A stretch of DNA of 64,000 bases from Octopus vulgaris. Taxonomy: Eukaryota. The translations under genes were made by a program, and so were the position numbers. Below, one piece after another: positions 53,420-64,000 of the stretch (positions are counted from its first letter, which is position 1; each line of letters starts with the position of its first letter). The stretch spans positions 98,890,001-98,954,000 of the forward strand of contig OX597819.1 of the NCBI GenBank assembly GCA_951406725.2. The letters run 5' to 3'. The notes below the pieces were generated by a model. The model was not told where the DNA came from, did not search any database, and worked only from the letters and a program-made list of their open reading frames with translations.

Positions 53420-54770
53420 GTCAGAACTTTACAATAGACTATTAATTGAACTGAGGCGGGCATCGCACTCCTAACACTGGAGCTGGAAAGATACAAAAAT
53501 GATAGAGGTGACCATTGTGAGACAAAACTACCAGAATATGGCAGTATCAAGGAAACAAAATGGAAATCAGCAGAGCAGAGACGTGTGACTGCTGTAAGTT
53601 TCTGTCATTAAAAAGCAGCAATATTATGGACACATTAAATGAGGAGCAAATTGCTATTTTGGTTTGGGGCTTTAAATCGGAAAGGAATGCTGAATAATCT
53701 TGAAATTAAAGAATACTATAATGCACTACAAATATCTACCTTTATTCAGTGTGTTCAAGAAAGAGATTAGCTGGTAATGGATGAATGAATTCATTGTTCA
53801 TTTTTGAAAGAAGCAGAAAGAAGAGCGATAATACTGATAAACATGATGTAAGTACAACACTAATGGGAATTGTTTCACCTTATGCTCCGAGGAGTATATC
53901 ATCATTGGCGGAAGGTGGAGCAGAAAGTGACCTTCAAGCTTCCTCACTCAAAGCATTGGCATCTTCTTGTTCACTTCATAACTAGGGTGCAGGACAGAGA
54001 AGAAGAACATATTACACGAACAATGAGAGGGACAAACTGTAGCATGAATAACTAAATGCTCCGAATATATGAAATATATTAAGTCCTGACTTAAGCCAAG
54101 TAATATAACCTTGATCTATCATCATCATCATTATCGCCGAAGAGCAGAAATTGTTAGAGATGAACCAATTTGCATGTCTGGACATGGTAGAAGGCTCAGT
54201 GGTGTACTAGATCGGAAGATGAGTAAAGCAAGCTCGTTATTGGGAGGGTTGAAAAGACGAATTGGAGAACAAGAAATATATAATAAGAAATATATAATTG
54301 TAAAGAATACAGAGGAATGTATTGTCAACGGTGCTGTAGAGATTGGAAATGTAGATAGTTACATTATTAACAGAAAAGACAAAAACAAAAACAAAAAAAA
54401 AAAACACCTGCAGACATTCATTATGATGTAGATTAGGAACATCACCTGAAAAATCAAAGTCAGGAACATCTTCATCTTAAAGAAGCACAAGCTACGTAAC
54501 GTGGAAGAAAAATTGGTATAGCGTAATCTCCGCTGGTTTTAGAATGTCCAATGAATGGGATGAACTTCCAAAGACAAATACATAACTCTCATTTGTATCA
54601 TGGTACCAGAAATCAGGATGGATCTCGACTGAGATATACGGACGTGGTTAATCATGACGTGGAAGGCGTAGACATTGATATCTGCCGCTAGAACCACAAA
54701 AGCTTAGAACAGGGATCCGTGAAGGGGATATCACGACTCATGCTTGTACAAATTGACAGTCATCGCTGAT
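53420..54770 (+). mobile_element. Highly degraded RTE-type LINE
   Basis: Remnants AESDLQ, YLSP, RNLRWF, ELPK and G.RNQDGSRLRYTDVV, resembling the RTE C-terminus RLRW.GHV.RM...GKR..GRPRLRY.D. Confidence 0.6.
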
Positions 54771-54952
54771 ATCGATAGGTAATGATGAGGATAATGACGA
54801 TGATGAGAACGACAACGACGATGACGAAGAGGAAGAAGAAAAGGCGGGGCAGGATTTACGGCAAGCATTCAAACCATTCTTTTTGTTGTTGTTTAGTCTT
54901 TTATTTCCTCAATGACACATGGAGACCTTGTAAAAGAACTCTTCTTCAGAGT

Positions 54953-55369
54953 AACTCTTTTACTAGATTCAGTCGTTTGAGTGTGGCCATGCTGAAGCAC
55001 CGCCTTTTGTTGAACAAATCGACCCCAGGTCTTATTCTTTGTAAGCCTAGTACTTATTCTATCGGTCTCTTTTGCCGAACTGCTAAGTGACGGGGACGTA
55101 AACACACCAGCAACGGTCGTCAAGCGAGATGGGGGGGGGGGAGGCAAACACAGACACACAAATACACACACACACACATACATGTACATATATATATACA
55201 TATATACGACGGGCTTCTTTCAGTTTCCTACTACCAAATCCACTCACAAGGCTTTTGTCGGTCCGAGGCTATAGTAGAAGACACTCGCCCAAGGTGCCAC
55301 GCAGCGGGACTGAACCCGGAACCATGTGGTTCGTAAGCAAGCTACTTACCACACAGCCACTCCTACGCC
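54953..55369 (-). mobile_element. SINE family A, full length
   Basis: Reverse-complement family pattern. Confidence 0.9.
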
Positions 55370-55946
55370 TAAGTAAAAAAAATAATTAACCAAATCAATT
55401 CAGTTTAGTTATCAGAAATAGCTAAGATGGCCCTGAATAATAAATACGAGACACAGTGGATGGAACCTGACATGAAAATGTGGTTGATGTTGGGGGTCTC
55501 TGCAATATCGTCATAAAAGAGAGAGAAACACAGCTGCATGTGATAAGAAACTGCGGTGAATGTCTGAAACAAGCAGACAATTGGAATGCAGCTGTTTTAC
55601 ATTTTCTATTGTTGGTTATAATCTTTCGTACTTATATATTTGTATAACGGCATAGCTATTGATCTCTGTTACGTCTCTCGCAATCTTACTTTCTTTTTAT
55701 ACATTTATATACATATATATATATATATTTATACTATTGTTTAATTTTATTGAAACGTCAAATCAAAGACGTATATCATATGTAGATTGGAAACTTACAC
55801 ACACACACACACAAAGACATACACGCACACATTCATACACATGCTCACACATACACACTTACACACACACACTCAAACACAAATAATCACGCACAAACAC
55901 TCACATACTCTCACTCACACATATATAAATCATATACATACATACC

Positions 55947-55992
<46 letters not shown>

Positions 55993-55994
55993 CG

Positions 55995-56039
<45 letters not shown>

Positions 56040-56646
56040 GTGTGTGTGTGTGTGTGTGTGTGTGTGGATGTATGTATTTATGTATATATATGAATGCATG
56101 TATGTATATATATGTATGTATATATGTATAGATGTATGGATGTATATGTATGTATGTATGTATGTATGTTCATTATGTATAGACTCACGGGCACACACGG
56201 AGACACACACACGTTCCATACATAAAGAGAAAAAAACAATCGATTCCGCCAGAGAGTGACATAACATGTCTGATACAATGTAATATTTCATTTTTTCCTG
56301 TTTCCATAAATTACAATACGTTCAAAGAGAATTTGTTTCTTGTTTTACTGGTGTCAGTGATCAGACGGCCATGCTGGGGCACCAACTTTGAATATTCTAG
56401 TCGATCGTATCGAATGTAGTTCTTTCGGTCTACCTACTGCTTTATCGATGTTTATCGAAGAAAAATTACCTTTTGTCGTAATGTGGCGCAACTAGAGATA
56501 ATAATACAGTCGTATGAGCAAAGGCAGTCATACAATAGACAAGTATGTGTGTGTGTGTCTGTCTGTGCATGTATGTATGTATATGTAAATATTATATATA
56601 TGTATATATGTATATATACATATATATGTGTGTATGTATATATATA

Positions 56647-56678
<32 letters not shown>

Positions 56679-56699
56679 AATATAAACCTCGCCAAGATA

Positions 56700-56900
56700 A
56701 ATATTTAAACCACCTGATGAATGACTGCGACTCAAAAATTTGAAGAAGTTAGCAAGCATGAAACGATCGTAGTTTGATATTAATTATATTTTTTTAATAG
56801 TTTTGTTATATATTTAAATAATATAAATTAAATAATCTTATGTATTGGCTTAAGTTTTTCATTGTTTGATTTGCCTAATAGTGGTTTTGTCTCTAATTTA

Positions 56901-56910
<10 letters not shown>
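56700..56910 (+). mobile_element. Penelope-like terminal fragment with a degenerate hammerhead (56731-56776)
   Basis: tcaaaaat-TTGAAGA-agttagcaagcat-GAAACGATCGTA-gtttga. The 3' part resembles 30870-30970 and abuts (TA)n. Confidence 0.55.
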
Positions 56911-56931
<21 letters not shown>

Positions 56932-56944
56932 GTATACATATATT

Positions 56945-57390
56945 TATATTATATAAAATCCGTTCTGTCTGTCTGAGTGTGTATCTTCTAGGATCTTGGG
57001 CATCCTCCTTCCGATTGCGCCTCAAATTTGATATGTAGATACCGACGGTGTCAGGGTGGGTATAAGTTTTGAAGAAATTACAATTGATTCCAGGTGAGAA
57101 TGCAATCGATAAAGCCGTAGGAACGTGCATTTGTACGCGCAAGTACATCAGCTGTTGCGATCGATACTACGCGTACGCTAGAAAAATGCACGTGCAGTTT
57201 GCGCCAAAAATGCCGGCTGCCTTGAAATAATGCCACAAAATGCAGTATATTTAAGAGACCAAAAAAGTAAGATGCAAAAGAGGTATTTTCTTCAAACTTG
57301 GCACGAAGAAAGAAAGACTATTTGGTTTCTCAAGAAGATTTTTATTTATCATAACTTCGTTTGACAAAACCGAAAATTTTATAGAAATAA
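56945..57390 (+). mobile_element. Possible non-autonomous Helitron 5' portion
   Basis: atataaaatccgttctgtctgtctg...ccgattgcgcctcaaatttg resembles a generic Helitron-N 5' end. No 3' hairpin or CTAG seen. Confidence 0.4.
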
Positions 57391-57482
57391 AGACATGCTT
57401 AATTATTTTTAATGAAAAGAAAACACTGATTATTCAGCGGATATGATTCAGCACCATCCATTGGATGGAGAGCGTTTTGCTC

Positions 57483-57514
<32 letters not shown>

Positions 57515-57517
<3 letters not shown>

Positions 57518-57910
57518 GGCATGGCTGTGTAGTAAAGCTTCTAAACCATCTAGTTCCCGGTTCACTTCTGCTGCGTGGTGGTTCTACTCTAACCGCAAAC
57601 TGACCAAAGCTTTGTGAGTGGATTTGGTAGACGAAAACCGAAAGAGGCTCATCGTATATGTGTGTGTATGTGTGTGTGTGTGTGTGTGTATCTATGTGCG
57701 CGCTTCTTTGTGTATGTGTTTGTCCCCAAACACCGCTTGACAACTGGTGTTTGTGTTTATGGGTCCGTAACTTAACATTTCGGCAAAATAGATCGATAGA
57801 ATACGTACTAGGCTTAAAAAATAAATCCTGGATTCGATTTATTCGACTAAAAACCCTTCAAGGTGGTGCTCCAGCATGGCCGCAGACACATGACTGAAAC
57901 AAGTAAAAGT
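57515..57910 (+). mobile_element. SINE family A
   Basis: Family motifs through ctccagcatggccgcag...gactgaaacaagtaaaag. Confidence 0.85.
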
Positions 57911-59862
57911 TACACACATACACACTCACACACACGCACACACGCGCACACACGCACACACACACTCATACACACACAGAAATATGCAGGTGTATGCATA
58001 TTTGTGTATATATGTATATATAAGTAAAGTATGGCCGAATAGTTAAGGAATTCGCTTCGTAATCACGAGATTACAGATTCGATCACAGTGTGTTCTATTT
58101 TAGAAAAAGGTAGTTTTCCATAGAAGATCGTGAATGAATAGTAATTATCAGTAAAAAGATATAGGTTTGTCACATACTGTGTCACGATGGTTCTATTTGA
58201 GAATTACTTTACTAGTATATTTGTTCTGTGGCCAATGAAGGCTTCTTGGTTGATTCGTTCCTCAGCTCACATACGCATATACATACGTATACACATTCAT
58301 AAGTACATATATACTCACAAACTCAGTAAGCTTGTCTTGCTCGGCCACTTACAAGTTAATTCAGGAGCAGATAAGTCAGTTGATCAAACAACTGAATCCT
58401 TATGGTCGAACGACGGAGACAGCCATAACGTGTATATGTGTGGGCGCGTGTGAATGTCTTTGTGTATGTGAGTGGGTGTGTGAGAGAGAGTGTGCGTGTG
58501 TCTGTGTGTATGTGTGTGTTTGTGCATATGTGTGTAGTCGCGTGCGTAGAAATATATGGTAAATGTAAGAGAGTGTGTCTTTTAAGAAATACAAATTTTG
58601 CTTTCTTTGGAATAAAAATGTATAAGTTTACCTTTTATTCCAGGGTGTAATTAAATCATGTTGCACTGGGAGGCTAAAGTGCATACTTAAAAGTAAACTT
58701 ATAAGTATGTGTTTATGGTAAACAAGCATTTTTTACTCTCTGTGAAAAACTAGAGACTTTGGTTGAAACGGAATCATTTCTCTCCGTGGACAGAAAAACT
58801 GATCTATCTGAACATCTTCGACAAGTTAACAACTGCATCAACTTTTTTCATTGAGGTGTTAAATCTGTGTTTACTAAAACCACAGGCTCATAAGTTTACC
58901 TTACATTTTTACTTATCTCAATGCTATGGGCTATTTAAAAAAATTAATTGACTCAGCCAACGCTGACACTGTCATGCAAATTAGGCAAACCGATTTCACT
59001 CTATTCGAATGACTGTATGTAATTGCAAAAGCCTAAAATTCTCTCCCTGTGCTCAGAAATCTTTAATTAATCTCTGATGTAGTTGTATAAAAATGGAAAT
59101 TTATCTGACAGATTTCTTTTTGTGCCAAAAAGAGAAAAGGATGTAGTTTAACTACGATGAATAGTCAGCGACGGAAAGTTTAGTATGAGTGCTGTCTCCA
59201 GTATGCAATTACTGTTTGCATTGCATCTAAACACTCTTGCTTGAAAATGTAAGCATAATTTTGTAGTTCTATTGCAAGGTTGACCAACAATAGAATCTTT
59301 ACAAATAGTTTGTTTCGCAGTAAACCATCTCTGAAGGATAAATATTTTCATGCGTTTGGAATTTTAATCTAAATTGTTTATAGTCTACTAATGATTGCTA
59401 TTGCAATAATTAGTTAATTACTGCTAATTCGGACTACCTGTAACCTTCGTTGAAATTTTATTGCTTTAATTGATTTGAAATATCGACATAGTTTTATGAG
59501 TTAGTAAGGAGGAAGGAATATGTCTTACTACATATATATTTCAAGACTACTGCACCAATCAAATCAACCCTGCGTTGTGTGTATATGTATGTATGTATTT
59601 ATGTATGTATGCATGCAGTTATGTGTATGTGTGTGTGCTAGTGTCTATAGGACACTGAACCACCTAAGGAGCTATCGTATGCTCACAAGACCTGCTAGAA
59701 ATATCAGTCAAATTACTCTCAACTACGCTTTACGATTTTGGAAAAGGTAGGGATAATGTGAAAACCAGATAGGTTAATCACAAATAAATCATCTTTGATC
59801 ACAACTCTATATGACAAGAACAGATATGCCATTAGAGGAAAACAACTGCAGCAGCAACAACA

Positions 59863-60058
59863 GTGGAATCGCAATGGTCCAGTGGTTAGGGCAGCGGACT
59901 CGCGGTCGTAAGAACGCGGTTTCGATTCCCAGATCGGGAATTGTGAGTGTTTATTGAGCAAAAATACCTAAGCTCCACGAGGCTCCGGCGGTCGGAGGTG
60001 GGGGTGGGGTGAACCCCGCTGTACTCTTTCACCACAAGTCTCTCTTCCTACTTCTGCC
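59863..60058 (+). mobile_element. SINE family C, 5' part
   Basis: Matches 37197-37390. Confidence 0.8.
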
Positions 60059-60472
60059 TCAAAGCAGAGGAACCATGGTGTAACCCACCAAGGTGTGGTA
60101 AACTTTCAGACCCTAGTCTAGATTGCAAATTCTCTGTACCCCAGGATGGTTCAGCTCTCCACCCGTTAAAAGCCACCGTTTACGGAATGAGGATAACAAC
60201 GTAGCTTTCGCGCCCGTGCAACCGTCAGTCTATCTTGTGTGGTGGGTGGATCTTCAAGTTTCCATACGCATTTTTAGTAGCTTAGGGTAGGCTCGAATTA
60301 GAGATTATTCTTTGTGGCTAATGGGCTGCGTCCTGATTGGAAGAAGAAGGAGCAGCAACAGCAACAATTCCAATGTTTGATTCGTATATATATTTATCGT
60401 CTGAGAAAGAAGGAAAAGCAAAGAAAACCGACGTCTCTCCAGGGTAGGGTATTGTACACTTCGTCGTTTATA

Positions 60473-61741
60473 CGTGGGGCGTTCAATAAGTAATGCCCCT
60501 GACCCACTTCCCATAGCAGTAGAGCAACGACACTTGGCACAGTTATTAGTATTTTCCTACATAGGAACTACCCAGAGTTATGCATTTCTCCCATCGTTTG
60601 ATACAGCTCTGGAGACCGTTTTTTGTAGAAGACCCCAGCTTGGTCCTCCAACCACGACGTGACTTCAGAAATCAAGGCTGCATCAGCTGGGAAACGCTTT
60701 CCTTTCAAAATCAACTTCATGGCTGGGAAGAGGTGAAAATCAGAGGGTGCAAGGGGAGGAGTTCATAGCTGCACACCTGTGCTTCTGATCTGGCGACACG
60801 CGAGTTGTGGACCGGAGCGTTGTCCTGCAGGAGGAGGATGCCTTTGCTGATCTTGCCCCGCCTCTTGATTTTGATAGCTTCTCTTAATTTCCTCAAAAGT
60901 GAAGCATAATAAGCTCCTGTAATTGTGGTACACTTTGCCAGGAAATCTGTCATCACTACTCCGTCCTGGTCCCAGAAGACTGTGAGCATAACCTTGTCAG
61001 CGGAGGGCTGCACCCTTGCCTTCTTTGGAGGAGGTGAGTCACGGTTCTTTCACTGCATTGACTGGGCTTTGGTCTATGGATCATAGTGATGGACCCAGGT
61101 TTTATCCTGTGTGATCAGTCTTTTGAAAAAATTTGGCTCATCTTCTTGGCACATCTCCAAATTCATCCTCGAGCACTCAACGCGTTCTTGCTTCTGGAAA
61201 GGTGTGAGCAACCTGGAAATCCATCTGGCAGACACCTTTTGCATATGCAAATGGTCATGAATGATAGTTTCCACAGACCCGGTACTAATCTTGACCTTAT
61301 GGGCTATTTGGAGAATAGTTATGCGTTGACCTTCCAAAATGGCAGCCTCAACTTGACGGACAGACGTCTCATCAACGGCAGAAGGGGGTGACCAGATCTG
61401 GGAGCTGTTTCCACAGAGTTCCGACTATGTTTGAATTCACAATGCCAGCATTTTACAAGGTCATATGATGGGGCATCATCACCATAAGTTACTTTCATTT
61501 CATCAAAAGTCTCCCGTGGTGTGCGTCCTTTCAAATACAAAAACCAGATCACTTCTCGACACTCAACAGGCTCCATTTCACACTTGACTCAGTTCAAACA
61601 CCTGTAAATCAGAAACCACAATTATTTCAGAGCTGTAATTCGCCACTTAATCTATAGAGGTATAAATAAGTGCACATGCAAAATTTGCTAGATCAAACAA
61701 CTTCAAGTGGGTCAGGGGCATTACTTATTGAACGCCCCTCG
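60473..61741 (-). mobile_element. Full-length mariner transposon (1269 bp), 37-bp TIRs, TA TSD
   Basis: TA|cgtggggcgttcaataagtaatgcccctgacccactt ... aagtgggtcaggggcattacttattgaacgcccctcg|TA; TIRs 36/37 identical. Confidence 0.96.
60530..61576 (-). pseudogene. Mariner transposase, frameshifted
   Basis: MEPVECREVIWFLYLKG (HTH), KVSARWISRLLT (WVPxxL), ITQDKTWVHHYDP, KVMLTVFWD, LLLQDNAPVH; split over at least three frames. Confidence 0.92.
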
Positions 61742-62045
61742 TATATCATCGAATTTGCAACAAGCTCTGGCTTAATAAGCTTTAGGCTCGTGAAAGACTT
61801 CAGATATATCTATCTATTAGAAAAAAACACCTGTGTATAAAACTAGCCTTGCATACATACCTGTATGTATGTGTATGTATGTATGTTCATACATACATAC
61901 ATACCTTCACGTCTGTATATTTGTCGTCTAAATGAACGCATAGCACTGAGAAACTCAGGTTAGCAACAGAGTGAGCCACCAGTTTCGAATGAACGCACGC
62001 GCACACACATACTTACAAACATATATACATATATACATATATACA

Positions 62046-62091
<46 letters not shown>

Positions 62092-62790
62092 AGGTGTGTG
62101 CGTTCCTCCTATTATATTACAAATCTTCAGTGTACTAAGTTTTGTTTATTTAGCTACAGTTCGTTCGCCAACTGCTAAATTTATGTGTTCTGGTTGACAT
62201 TAAAGCATAAATGGTATATTTCTGACTAGTAGCAGGAACCTAACGTTATTTAGCTACATACATAAATAACTGAAGTTACATCAGAGATTAAGAAAAAATG
62301 TAGAATCTTTCCATCTCATATTCTGATTTCCTTTACGATTACAAGAAGATTTGTGTAACGTCTGGGGTTTAGATTAAGATGAAACTCCGCAGTGAAAAAC
62401 AAAAACAAAGAAACATACCACAGCTGTTTTAAAGATATTTTAATTAGTATAATTAAGAGACAAATACGAAAATATGGAATTTATACGATGTTGGTGTTGA
62501 AATAATCGAATAATTATATATCTATACATAAAGTATAAAATAACTATTTGTTGTTGTGTAGTAAATGTTCAGTACAATGCGTGACACCTTGGGTAAGTGG
62601 CCGACCATAACCTTGTGAGTGGATTTGCTAGACGGAAATTGAAAGAAACCCGTCGTTTATATAATACATGTGTGTGTGTGGCAGTACACCTTTGAATCAT
62701 TAAAGATGTATTAAAGAATTCTGTTTGTTTTTCTTCTTATCATTTAGTATACACACACACATATATGTATAAACAGTCTAGTCTGTAGAA

Positions 62791-62879
<89 letters not shown>

Positions 62880-62934
62880 TATATGTATGTATGTATGAAT
62901 ATCAGCGTCATCATCATCTGGTTAAGCTTGCTCG

Positions 62935-62989
<55 letters not shown>

Positions 62990-62992
<3 letters not shown>

Positions 62993-63130
62993 CAAATTTA
63001 CAGAAAAACAAAAGACAGAAACAAGTTTAACGCTCGGGGAAAATGGGAAAGTCTTTTACGTTTCGAGCCTACTCTCTTCGCCATAAAGGAATAAGAGGAA
63101 GAAAAATAAGAGGAAAAAAATGGAGAACGA
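62990..63130 (-). mobile_element. Penelope-like terminal fragment with a degenerate hammerhead (63052-63089), abutting (TA)n
   Basis: Third copy of the 4525/20085 family: ATGGCGAA GAGA GTAG GCTC GAAACGTA AAAGA. Confidence 0.6.
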
Positions 63131-63156
63131 AAAAAAAAAACCGGATATGTGTGTAT

Positions 63157-63225
<69 letters not shown>

Positions 63226-63234
63226 TGTGTGTGT

Positions 63235-63450
63235 GTGTGTGTGTCTGTGTGTGTGTCTGTGTTTGAATTCTTTTCCGCTTGAAAACTGACATTGGTTTGT
63301 TTACATTCCCGTAACTTAACAGTTTAGCAAAAAGTGACCGATAGAATAAATACCTAACTTAGAAAAGAAATTATTAGCGTCAATTTGTTCGATTAAGCCT
63401 TTCAAGGCGGTGCTCCAGTATGGCCCCGGTCTAATGATTGAAACTTGTAG
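63235..63450 (+). mobile_element. SINE family A, 3' half, degraded
   Basis: ccgatagaataa...ggcggtgctccagtatggcc. Confidence 0.7.
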
Positions 63451-63534
63451 AGGGAAAACGAAAAACATAAACTATATATGATATTTAAATGTATAGAATC
63501 AAATATACTGTAATACATAATTTAGAGTTATATT

Positions 63535-63990
63535 ATTAAATTCACTTGAAAAGAAAAGTGAGAGTAGAGAGGCAAGCTTTGTCTAGCAAATGCTTCAAAA
63601 AAAGATTGGTGAATGTAGCAAGGATGGCACGTATGAATGACGAAGCCACCTTGAGCATAATCCTATGGAACCCGGAAAAACTTAAAACAGAGAGTTACTT
63701 ACTTGCAATTAAATGTGTTAACATGTGACATTATTGACCGAGGGTACCGTGGTATTTTCCGTAGGCTTTTCTTTCCACGGATAAACCTTATCTGCTTTCC
63801 CCTTTACACTTTACATCATGACATTTCTGTGATACACGATCCTTATTGATCGTTTTTTTTTCTTTTTTTTTCCTTTTTTCGATCCCTTTTGATCGAAAAC
63901 CTAGCCCACATTTTTTTCTCCCACAAAAGAAAAGCTCTACTTTGTAATTTGTCCCGTCTGTGTTCAGCTTTGTGTGGCTAATAAAGAAAC
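63535..63990 (+). mobile_element. 5'-truncated Tx1/L1-like LINE 3' end
   Basis: ORF2-like C-terminus HLKRKVRVERQALSSKCFKKRLVNVARM, then a pyrimidine-rich 3'UTR ending ctaataaagaaa. Clade assignment is from recall, not a search. Confidence 0.6.
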
Positions 63991-64000
63991 ATATCTTAGT

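Overview
AT-rich, repeat-saturated eukaryotic DNA. The repeat inventory points to a cephalopod, most likely Octopus (inference): huge (TA)n/(CA)n/(TACA)n/(GATA)n and triplet microsatellites, tRNA-derived SINEs, Dong/R4, RTE, CR1/L2-group, Tx1/L1 and Penelope remnants, and Tc1/mariner. No intact host protein-coding gene is visible, and almost all listed ORFs are microsatellite artefacts. Two weak minus-strand exon candidates (about 6771-7440 and about 52364-52550) hint that the window is mostly intron of one large gene. Real coding remnants are all transposon-derived: a stack of RLE-type (Dong/R4) non-LTR elements in (TAA)n arrays at 13.1-18.9 kb, a 4.1 kb CR1/L2-group LINE with a CCCH-zinc-finger ORF1, a full-length mariner with 37-bp TIRs, and RTE, Tx1, Tc1 and Penelope fragments. 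The most interesting signals are: (1) an ORF1-only (half-L1-like) retroelement ending in four regularly spaced, covarying hairpins plus poly(A), nested in a SINE with an 18-bp TSD; (2) about 8 minimal hammerhead-ribozyme motifs from several Penelope-like families, including a recurrent A6U core variant; (3) a SINE tail matching a Tx1/L1 3' end in the same window; (4) a templated self-insertion in the CR1/L2-group LINE; (5) several long fold-back structures, including a perfect 23-bp UUCG hairpin. All calls are by eye; no alignment or database search was run.
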